Below, one piece after another: positions 1 to 8,253 of a stretch of 64,000 nt of DNA. The notes beneath the pieces are model-generated. The model saw only the letters and a program-made list of their open reading frames with translations. It was not told the origin of the DNA and did not search any database. The position numbers were made by a program, and so were the translations under genes. Each line of letters opens with the position of its first letter. Within the stretch, counting starts at the first letter, position 1. Location of the stretch: contig OY821641.1 in the NCBI GenBank assembly GCA_963555995.3, positions 3,008,001 to 3,072,000 of the forward strand. Direction: 5' to 3'. Source of the stretch: Vicinamibacteria bacterium. Lineage in GTDB: Bacteria > Acidobacteriota > Vicinamibacteria > Marinacidobacterales > Marinacidobacteraceae.

Positions 1-1688
1 TGTTCCCGCTGACGATCTCGCCGCACGACCGGAACACGGTCTACGTCGGCAGCCAGCACGTCCACCGGACCACGAACGGCGGCCAGAGCTGGGAGGAGAT
101 CAGCCCCGACCTGACCTCCAACAACAAGGACCGGCAGACGGTCTCCGGAGGACTGACCCCGGACAACATCGGCGTCGAGTACTGCTGCGTGGTGTACGCG
201 GTGGACGAGAGCCCGGTCGAGGCGGGGGTGATCTACGCCGGCACCAACGACGGCCTGATGCACGTGACCCGCGACGGCGGGGCGAACTGGACCGACGTCA
301 CCGCCAACATCCCCGGCATGCCCGAGGAAGGGGTGGTCCGGAACGTGGACGCCTCGAAGTGGGAGGCCGGGAAGGCGTACATGACCGTCGAGGCGCACCA
401 GGTGGGCAACTTCGCGCCCTACGTGTACAAGACCGAGGACTTCGGCGCGTCGTGGGAGCGGATCGTGAACGGGGTCAAGGACAGCCCGCTCAGCTACACC
501 CGGAACGTCCGCGAGGACCCGGCGCGGCCCGGGCTGCTCTACCTCGGCACCGAGAACTTCCTCTACGTGAGCTTCGACGACGGCGCCAACTGGCAGCGGC
601 TCGCGAACGGACTGCCGCCGAGCCCCATGTACTGGATCACCGTGCAGGAGCGGTTCAAGGACCTCGTGGTCGGCACCTACGGGCGCGGGTTCTGGATCAT
701 GGACGACATCTCGCCGCTCCAGCAGTGGACCGACGAGGTGGAGGCCGCGAGCGTGCACCTCTTCGAGCCGCGGTCGGTGTACCGGTTCCACCCGATCACG
801 GCGCCCTTCTCCCAGTTCGACGACTGGTCGGCCGGGGAGAACCCGCCCTACGGCGCCCCGATCAGCTATTGGCTCGACGACGAGACCGAAGGCGTCAAGG
901 TGGTCGTCACGAACGCCGCCGGCGAGACGGTCCGCACGATGGACGGCAGCGGAGACGCCGGACTCAACCGGGTCTGGTGGAACCTCCGCGAGGACCAGTC
1001 CACGGAGATGCGGCTGCGCACGCCTCCCACCGGCGCGGACTGGGTCGAGCTGGACGAGGACCGGTCACGGTCGGCGCCGGGAGGCGCCCGCGTCGCGGTC
1101 CTCGCCCCGCCGGGCACCTACCAGGTCGAATTGCAGGTCGGCGACGAGACGCGCGAGGCGAGCCTCGAGGTCCTGAAGGACCCGCACAGCGAGGGCACGC
1201 TGGAGGACATCGCCGCCCAGACGGCGCTGGTCCGCGAGCTCCGCGACGACATGGAAACGGTGGCCGGCATGGTCAACGAGATCGAGTGGCTGCGGCGGCA
1301 ACTGCTCGACGTGAAGTCGCTGGCGGAAGAGACGAACCAGGTCGAGGCGATCGCCTCGGCGGTGGACGGGCTCGAGGGCTCACTGATCGCGGTCGAGGAA
1401 CGGCTCATCCCGATGGCCGTCACCGGCACCGGACAGGACCAGATCCGCTGGCCCAACATGCTCGCGGGCCGCATCGGCTACCTCGCGGGCGCGGTCCAGA
1501 GCGCGGACTTCCCGCCGACCGACCAGATGCGCGAGGTGCACGGCATCCTGCGGGAGCGGCTCGCGGTCCAGCAGGCGGAACTCCAGCGGATCCTCGATAG
1601 CGAACTGCCCGAGGCGAACCGGATGCTCGAGGGCGAGGGCGTCCCGGGCGTGGTCCGGGTCCCGCCGGGGGACACGGGGAACCGATAA
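1..1688 (+). CDS. BNR-repeat/VPS10(sortilin)-like glycosyl hydrolase, 5' end outside the window
   Basis: The frame is open from the window start (FPLTISPHDRNTVYVGSQHVHRTTNGGQSW). It has Asp-box repeats (TRDGGANW, SFDDGANW) and is collinear with the paralog at 26803-28487. Confidence 0.85.
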   Translation, partial: FPLTISPHDRNTVYVGSQHVHRTTNGGQSWEEISPDLTSNNKDRQTVSGGLTPDNIGVEYCCVVYAVDESPVEAGVIYAGTNDGLMHVTRDGGANWTDVTANIPGMPEEGVVRNVDASKWEAGKAYMTVEAHQVGNFAPYVYKTEDFGASWERIVNGVKDSPLSYTRNVREDPARPGLLYLGTENFLYVSFDDGANWQRLANGLPPSPMYWITVQERFKDLVVGTYGRGFWIMDDISPLQQWTDEVEAASVHLFEPRSVYRFHPITAPFSQFDDWSAGENPPYGAPISYWLDDETEGVKVVVTNAAGETVRTMDGSGDAGLNRVWWNLREDQSTEMRLRTPPTGADWVELDEDRSRSAPGGARVAVLAPPGTYQVELQVGDETREASLEVLKDPHSEGTLEDIAAQTALVRELRDDMETVAGMVNEIEWLRRQLLDVKSLAEETNQVEAIASAVDGLEGSLIAVEERLIPMAVTGTGQDQIRWPNMLAGRIGYLAGAVQSADFPPTDQMREVHGILRERLAVQQAELQRILDSELPEANRMLEGEGVPGVVRVPPGDTGNR

Positions 1689-1859
1689 CCGCCGGTGGAA
1701 CACATCACGCGGCCCGGTTGCGGTGAACATGCGGTTCCGGCGAGATGCTGACGGCGTCTAGCCGGAGCTGCATTCTCACGGCGACTGGGTCCGTCGGGCG
1801 CCCCGGGGGCTCGGCGTTCACGTGATCTTCACCACCGGCTGCCGGCGGAGGACGCCGGA

Positions 1860-4298
1860 TTGACGGGGAGTGCGGGCCGGCCGCGCCTCGTGGGACTGGT
1901 GGGAACGATCAAGGGACGGGCGTTCCCCATGGACCGCCCATCCCTGACGCTCGGTCGCGACCCGGAGTGCGAGATCGTCCTCGAGCACGCCTTCCTCTCC
2001 CGGCGACACGCAGCCTTCGAACGGGACAGCGCGGGCCGCGTCGTGGTCCGTGACCTCGGGTCCACCCAGGGGACCTGGGTTCATGGGTCGCGCATCGAAG
2101 AGAGTCCCCTGCGCCACGGCGACGTCGTCGGTTTCGGCCCCGAGGGGATCGTCAGGTTCCGGTTCGAGGTCGCGGCGGCTCGTCCGCGCCCGCCGTCCGA
2201 CCGCCCGTCCCAACCGTCCGTCCTGACGATCGGCCGGGCGCCCGACAACGACGTCGTGCTCGACGCTCCCGGCGTTTCGCGGCGCCACGCCCGCATTGAC
2301 TACGCGACCGGGGAGCCGCGTCTTTCGGACGCCGGGAGCCTGAACGGCACCTTCGTGAACGGCGAGCCCGTCCGGGGAGCCACTCCGCTGGCCCCGACGG
2401 ACCTCGTCTTCCTCGGCGGGTGCCTGCTCCGGGTGGACGGCCGCGAGGTATCGAGCCGCGATCTCGGCGGCAGCCGCCTGACCGCTTCCGGCCTGACGAA
2501 GTCCTACGGCGAAAAGACGGTGCTCCACGACGTGTCCTTCGCCATTCTTCCGAGGGAGTTCGTCGGCCTGATGGGACCTTCCGGCTGCGGCAAGTCCACG
2601 CTGATGGACGCCCTCAACGGGCTTCGTCCGGCCACCCGCGGCGCGGTGTTCATTGACGAGCTCGACCTCTACGGGAACTTCGACGCGGTGCGGCGTTCCA
2701 TGGGCTACGTGCCCCAGCAGGACATCCTCCACGACGCGTTGACCGTCGAGCGGACGCTCCACTACGTCGCGCGGCTCCGCCTGCCCGAACACACCTCCCG
2801 GAGGGACGCCCAGGAGACCATTGACGAGGTGATCCAGGCGGTGGGACTGGCGGAACATCGCGAGACCACCTTCAAGCAGCTCTCGGGAGGCCAGCGCAAG
2901 CGGCTCAGCCTGGCGATGGAACTCCTGACCAAACCGAAGTTCCTGTTCCTTGACGAACCGACGTCACCGCTCGATCCGGAGACCTCCGAGAACCTGATGG
3001 TGCTGTTCCGGCAACTGGCCGACGAGGGCCGCATCCTCGTGATGGTCACGCACAAGTTCGAGAAGTTCGAGCTGATGCACCAGATCCTCCTGCTGACCCG
3101 GGGCGGACATCTCGCATACTTCGGCCCGCCGAAGGACGCGCTCCGGTACTTCGACTGCGAGAAACCGAGCGGGCTCTACCGCCAGGTCGGCGCGCGGGAA
3201 CCGGCCGAGGTGAGTCAGGCGTTCCGGGCGTCGGGCGACTTCCGCAACCACGTCACGGCCCGCGTCCATGCGGGAGCGGCGGTCGGCGCGACGGGCGACC
3301 GCGGGACCGCGGCGGCCGCCCCGGCGCGTTCCTCCGGGTTCCGGCAGTGGCGAATCCTCACCGAGCGCTACCTCGAGACCAAGCTCAAGGACAAGCGCAA
3401 CACGCTGCTGCTGATCGGCCAGGCACCGGTCATCGCGTTCGTCCTGTCGCTGATCGCGAGCGGCACGGTCAGCGACGCGAAGACCCTCTTCATCGCCGCG
3501 ATCATCGCCGTCTGGTTCGGAGGGAACAGCGCGATCCGCGAGATCGTCGCGGAGCAGCCGATCTACCGGCGGGAACGGCTGGTCAACCTGAAGATCCCGG
3601 CGTACTTGGGCTCGAAGTTCGCGGTCCTGGGAGGCATCACGGTCGTGCAGTGCCTGCTCTTCGTCGGAACGCTCGTCGGCTTCGAAAGGCTGGCGTCGGA
3701 GGATGCGGTCGCCGTGGCCGCCACCCTCTGCCTGACCGCGTTCGGGGGCGTCGGCCTGGGCCTGCTCTGCTCCGCGGCGGTCAATTCGTCGGAGAAGGCC
3801 ATGAGCGTGCTGCCGCTCATCCTCATTCCCCAACTGCTCCTCAGCGGCTTCATGAAACCGCTCGACGATTTCTACGTGAACCCCCTCGACCAGACCCCGG
3901 CGACGGAGGAGCAGTACCTCGAATACAAGCGGCTGACGTCGCCGGAGGCGTCCGCCGAGCCGCCGCCCCCCGGGGTCCCGCCGGGCGCCGCCGGCGAGCC
4001 GGTCACGATGATGGAAGGGCTCGGCAACGTGAGACTCGCGAGCGTCATGATTCTCGCCCGGTGGTCGGTGGACGCGCTGGTGCATTCCGTGAGCGCCGCG
4101 AACCCGGAGACGCGCGACCGGCTGGCGAGCCGGTTCTACGTCGCCGCGTACGAGGAGGTCTGGGACGGCGGGTCGGCGGCCGCGGTCGAGGAGGCGTTCC
4201 GGCGTCACCTGTACCTGAACTGGTTCGTGCTGCTCCTGACCACCGGGGCGTATCTCTGGCTGGCGGGCAGGGCGCTGCGGTCCAGGGACAGCCTCTGA
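1860..4298 (+). CDS. Two-FHA-domain ABC transporter (ATPase + ABC-2 permease; Rv1747-like architecture)
   Basis: Two FHA motifs (LGR..SRRHA..GSTQGT; IGR..SRRHA..GSLNGT), Walker A GPSGCGKS, LSGGQ signature, LFLDEPT, and C-terminal TM helices. The start codon is uncertain. Confidence 0.9.
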   Translation: MTGSAGRPRLVGLVGTIKGRAFPMDRPSLTLGRDPECEIVLEHAFLSRRHAAFERDSAGRVVVRDLGSTQGTWVHGSRIEESPLRHGDVVGFGPEGIVRFRFEVAAARPRPPSDRPSQPSVLTIGRAPDNDVVLDAPGVSRRHARIDYATGEPRLSDAGSLNGTFVNGEPVRGATPLAPTDLVFLGGCLLRVDGREVSSRDLGGSRLTASGLTKSYGEKTVLHDVSFAILPREFVGLMGPSGCGKSTLMDALNGLRPATRGAVFIDELDLYGNFDAVRRSMGYVPQQDILHDALTVERTLHYVARLRLPEHTSRRDAQETIDEVIQAVGLAEHRETTFKQLSGGQRKRLSLAMELLTKPKFLFLDEPTSPLDPETSENLMVLFRQLADEGRILVMVTHKFEKFELMHQILLLTRGGHLAYFGPPKDALRYFDCEKPSGLYRQVGAREPAEVSQAFRASGDFRNHVTARVHAGAAVGATGDRGTAAAAPARSSGFRQWRILTERYLETKLKDKRNTLLLIGQAPVIAFVLSLIASGTVSDAKTLFIAAIIAVWFGGNSAIREIVAEQPIYRRERLVNLKIPAYLGSKFAVLGGITVVQCLLFVGTLVGFERLASEDAVAVAATLCLTAFGGVGLGLLCSAAVNSSEKAMSVLPLILIPQLLLSGFMKPLDDFYVNPLDQTPATEEQYLEYKRLTSPEASAEPPPPGVPPGAAGEPVTMMEGLGNVRLASVMILARWSVDALVHSVSAANPETRDRLASRFYVAAYEEVWDGGSAAAVEEAFRRHLYLNWFVLLLTTGAYLWLAGRALRSRDSL

Positions 4299-4385
4299 CG
4301 GACGTGGGACTCCAGTCCACGCGATCGTCGCCACGACGACCGGCGGCGGTGGCGGGGTGCTGATAGTTTTTCCTGGAGGCTGACG

Positions 4386-6818
4386 ATGGTCTGCAGGAAT
4401 TGCGGTCGGCGAGTGGGAGGTGGCGCAGGGCCCTGCGTGTGGTGCGGAGCCGAGAGCGGCGCCGGCGGCCCACCGGACGGCAAACACGACGCCCGCATCG
4501 GCACCACCCTGGAGGGCAAGTACCGGCTCGACGCCCGGATCGGCGCCGGCGGCATGGGCGCCGTCTATCGCGCGACGAGGGTCACGATCGGAGATCGGGT
4601 CGCCGTGAAGATCCTGCACGCGGACCGGCTCCGGGACCCCGAGGCCCCGGAGAGGTTCCGGCGTGAGGCGCGGGCGGCAGCCAGGCTCAAACATGAGAAC
4701 GTCGTGACGATCCACGACTTGGGCGTGACAAACGACGGCACGCCCTACCTGGTGATGGAGCTCGTCGAAGGCGACTCCCTGCGGCATCTGATCGAGCGGG
4801 ATGGCCCGCTCCCGCCGTCGCTCGCGGCGGAGATCCTCGCGCAGGTCTGCTCCGCACTCGACGAGGCGCACGCTCAGGGGATCGTGCACCGGGACATCAA
4901 GCCCGACAACATCCTCGTGACGCGGCGACCGGCGGGGCTGCATGTGGAGGTGCTCGACTTCGGCATCGCACGGGTGGGCTACATGGCGCCGGCGGGGGAC
5001 CTGACGCAAGTGGGCCGGGTCCTCGGCACGCCGCACTACATGTCGCCGGAACAGTGTCTCGGAGAGGAACTCGACGGGAGGTCGGACCTCTACAGCATGG
5101 GTGTCGTTCTCTACGAGATGCTGTCGGGGACCGTGCCGTTCGATGCGACGACGGCGATGGGCATCGTGGTGCAGCACGTGAACGACGCGCCGCCCCCGCT
5201 GCATGAGCGGAAGCCGGACGTTCCGCCGGCGGTCGAGGCGGTCGTGGACGGGGCGCTCCGGAAACGGCGCGAGGACCGGCCGGCGAGCGCCGGTGCGCTG
5301 GCGACGCAACTGACGCGCGCCGTAGCGGACGCAGCCGGGACGCGGCCGCCGGCATCCGCCGGCGCGGGTACTCGACGGCCGACCGGCGGTCCGGCGCCCA
5401 CGGTGCAGATGGGGGCGGCGGGAACCGGGGGCCCCGGGGGAACCGGCGCGGCCGGCGGTGGCCGCCGGCGGCGGAGGGTCGGATTCTGGACGGGAGTGGC
5501 CGCCGCGGCGGCGGTGGCGACGACGGTGCTCGTGCTCGACGAGGGGTGGTTGCCGTGGCGCAGGGACACGGGACAGCCGAAACCCGCAACGGCCGGCGCC
5601 GATGCGTCTCCGGTCAAGCCGGAGGTTCCGGCGAGCGCGCCGGAAGCAAGCGTTGCGGCGGACGCGGCCGCACCCCGGATGGAGGAAGGAACTGCATCGC
5701 GGACGCCGGAGCCGGAACGACCGCCGGGCCGGGCGCCGGCCAGCGCCGTTCCTCCCGCCGCCCCGGCCCCGGCGCCCGCCGCCGCGAATCCGCCGGCCCG
5801 CAGGCCGGCGTCGGCGTCGGCGCGCGTGGGCAGCCTGACGATTCGGGCGCTGCCGGGGAGCGCCGTGCAACTGGACGGCGTGGACACCGGAACGACGGAC
5901 GACTCGGGCATCCTCGGCGTGACCGGGATTCCGGCCGGCCGGCACCTGCTGATGGCGCGGAAGGAGGGCTACGCCGACGCGCAGGCCATCGTGAGCGTGG
6001 TCGCGGACCAGTCGGACGTGGTGGAACTGTCGCTGGTCGCGTTGCCGGGGGCGCTCACGGTCACCGCCAACACGCCGGACGTGACGGTGCAGATCGAGGG
6101 CGTCGGTGAATACCGCCTGCCGGTGACGGGACTGGAGGTCCCCGCCGGACTGCAGCGGGTGGCGGCGAGCAAGCCGGGGTTCCTGCCCGTGGAGGACGCC
6201 GTCGAAGTCCGGAGCGGGAAGGCGGCGACGCTGGAACTCGTGCTGGAACGCGTTCCCCCGGAGGTGGCCCTGCAGGAGGCCCAGGGTCTCTTCAACGTGC
6301 GGCAGTATCGGGACGCGGCCCGCGCCGCCGAGGCGGTCGTGACCGAATACGGCGATTCCGGCGAGGCGTATCTCCTGCTCGGAAAGTCAATGCACGAACT
6401 GGGAAGATTCGACGACAGCGCGAACTTCCTGGGACGGGCCATCGAGCTCGGTCAGGCGGTCGAACTGCCCGCAAAGCACCGCCATGGCGGGTTGGGGCTT
6501 CGAGACGGTTTCTGCGAAGGCGTGATCGCCGTGAGCCGGAGCGTGGTCACCTTCCGGTCAGCGGCGGGACTCGACCACAGCTTCGTCACCACCCCGGACC
6601 GGATCCGCGCGGTAAGCCTCCGGGATGACCGGATCGCCATGAGGATCGCGGTCCTCGAAGCCAACCGGGAGCGGGAGCGCAACTTCGACTTCATCCATCC
6701 GGACACGGTGCAACGGGCGGCGGACGACCGGGGGTTGCTGACCGAGCTCTCCTGCCGGCGCTGCGATGCGTCGTTGACGGTGCTCCTCGCGCTGCTGCAA
6801 GAGGCCCGCGGGTTCTGA
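4386..6818 (+). CDS. Hanks-type Ser/Thr kinase: N-terminal Cys4 ribbon, TM, PEGA repeats, TPR-like segment, C-terminal beta domain
   Basis: GAGGMG, VAVK, HRDIKPDN, DFG and GTPHYMSPE are intact. CRNC..CVWC at the N-terminus, a hydrophobic span, and PEGA-like GRHLLMARKEGY repeats. Confidence 0.92.
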   Translation: MVCRNCGRRVGGGAGPCVWCGAESGAGGPPDGKHDARIGTTLEGKYRLDARIGAGGMGAVYRATRVTIGDRVAVKILHADRLRDPEAPERFRREARAAARLKHENVVTIHDLGVTNDGTPYLVMELVEGDSLRHLIERDGPLPPSLAAEILAQVCSALDEAHAQGIVHRDIKPDNILVTRRPAGLHVEVLDFGIARVGYMAPAGDLTQVGRVLGTPHYMSPEQCLGEELDGRSDLYSMGVVLYEMLSGTVPFDATTAMGIVVQHVNDAPPPLHERKPDVPPAVEAVVDGALRKRREDRPASAGALATQLTRAVADAAGTRPPASAGAGTRRPTGGPAPTVQMGAAGTGGPGGTGAAGGGRRRRRVGFWTGVAAAAAVATTVLVLDEGWLPWRRDTGQPKPATAGADASPVKPEVPASAPEASVAADAAAPRMEEGTASRTPEPERPPGRAPASAVPPAAPAPAPAAANPPARRPASASARVGSLTIRALPGSAVQLDGVDTGTTDDSGILGVTGIPAGRHLLMARKEGYADAQAIVSVVADQSDVVELSLVALPGALTVTANTPDVTVQIEGVGEYRLPVTGLEVPAGLQRVAASKPGFLPVEDAVEVRSGKAATLELVLERVPPEVALQEAQGLFNVRQYRDAARAAEAVVTEYGDSGEAYLLLGKSMHELGRFDDSANFLGRAIELGQAVELPAKHRHGGLGLRDGFCEGVIAVSRSVVTFRSAAGLDHSFVTTPDRIRAVSLRDDRIAMRIAVLEANRERERNFDFIHPDTVQRAADDRGLLTELSCRRCDASLTVLLALLQEARGF

Positions 6819-6881
6819 CGAGCACGGACGCCGGCGTCGCGGACGGCGTGGTGGACGACGCTCCGTCCTGAGTGACCCTAG

Positions 6882-7060
6882 CAGCCTGTGGATAAAGTGA
6901 CGTGAGCACCGAGAAGGCCGAGGCGCCCGGCTGACAAGGCGCGTGAGGGAGGAATACCGAGTGTATTCCGACCGAAACGCAACGCAGAGCGCCTCGTAGA
7001 GGCGCGGTTCAGGCGGGATGCTTCGGCGTCCGAATGCCGCGTGACTTTGTCCACAGGCTG
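6882..7060 (+). mobile_element. 179-bp MITE, copy 1 (flanked by CTAG)
   Basis: Terminal inverted repeats CAGCCTGTGGATAAAGT...ACTTTGTCCACAGGCTG, with CTAG at 6878-6881 and 7061-7064. Confidence 0.85.
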
Positions 7061-7083
7061 CTAGCCCTCGGGCTGACTCGCTG

Positions 7084-7659
7084 CTACCAGGAGCCGAACG
7101 ACGGGCCGAGACCGCCGAAAAACCCGGACAAGCCCAGAACGATCGCGGGCACCACCGCCGCGATCAGCACGATCAGCACCGCCTTGTCCGTCGTGCAACC
7201 GGACATGTCCTTGATGGCGAATACGTGCAGAACCAAACAGTAAATGCCCCCGACGAAGCCGCCCAGCAACGGCACGATCCCGAAGACCAGGGGTGCGGCA
7301 GCGAACATCTGTGCCCGAACCCAATCCGGGTAGGACGGCAGGCCGTAGGCATCCGCTTCACCGAGGGCTCGCCCTGTCAGGAACCTGCAGACGCACGCGT
7401 GAAAGACCACCGACACCAGCCCAACCAACGGATATCTCACACGGAACGTTGCGACCAGGGTGCCGAGGCTGCCTGCCAGCGCGAACCCGATCAGAAACAC
7501 GAGCAAACTCTGCCGGGTCTCGGGAAAGTCCGCGATCGCGCGGAAGCTCCCAGGCTTGAGAGACATGACTGCCGTGACCCGCTCCAGCAATTTGCTACCG
7601 GGAGGAGCCGCCGGGATCTCTGTCGTGGGAGGATCCGGAAAGGGATTGCCAGTCGTCAT
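7084..7659 (-). CDS. Yip1-family-like membrane protein
   Basis: 191 aa with about 5 TM segments. Yip1-like pattern: PGSFRAIA...FAAAPLVFGIVPLLG...FAIKDMSGCTTDKAVLIVL. Confidence 0.65.
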   Translation of the reverse strand: MTTGNPFPDPPTTEIPAAPPGSKLLERVTAVMSLKPGSFRAIADFPETRQSLLVFLIGFALAGSLGTLVATFRVRYPLVGLVSVVFHACVCRFLTGRALGEADAYGLPSYPDWVRAQMFAAAPLVFGIVPLLGGFVGGIYCLVLHVFAIKDMSGCTTDKAVLIVLIAAVVPAIVLGLSGFFGGLGPSFGSW

Positions 7660-7757
7660 CAGTGACTACGGTAATGTTTGCCAGGCTCTCTTGCAAACAG
7701 TTTTGCTGTCCTCTGCCATACGGCGGATTTGAAAGAGCCATCGCTCCCTCACACTAG

Positions 7758-7936
7758 CAGCCTGTGGTGAAACCCCCGTGAGCGCCGAGAGCGGCGAGGC
7801 GCCTCGCTGACAAGGCGCGTGAGGGAGGAATACCGGGTGTATTCCGACCGAAACGCAACGCAGAGCGCCTCGCAGAGGCGTGGTTCAGCGAGGATGCGTC
7901 GCCGCTCGAACGCCGCGAGGGTTTTGCCACAGGCTG
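7758..7936 (+). mobile_element. 179-bp MITE, copy 2 (flanked by CTAG)
   Basis: CAGCCTGTGG...CCACAGGCTG ends, CTAG at 7754-7757 and 7937-7940, same interior as copy 1. Confidence 0.85.
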
Positions 7937-8074
7937 CTAGGATCTGCCCCCCGCTCCGAAGAACTGCCACCCGTCACTCGGGTTCACCACTGCGGCCGCT
8001 GAGGCATGCATCGCGCGTGCTTTCGCTGTCTCCGTCCCGTGGGAGGACCAACCCGCGGTCTCCGAGGGATTTAA

Positions 8075-8253
8075 CAGCCTGTGGTGAAACCCCCGTGAGC
8101 GCCGAGAGCGGTGAAGCGCCCCGCTGACAAGGCGCGTGAGGGAGGAATACCGAGTGTATTCCGACCGAAACGCAACGCCGAGCGCCGCACAGCGGCGCGG
8201 TTCAGCGGGGATGCATCAATGCTTGAACGCCACGGGGGTTTTGCCACAGGCTG
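8075..8253 (+). mobile_element. 179-bp MITE, copy 3 (flanked by TTAA)
   Basis: Same ends and interior. TTAA at 8071-8074 and 8254-8257; the right TTAA supplies the TAA stop of the adjacent minus-strand gene. Confidence 0.85.
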
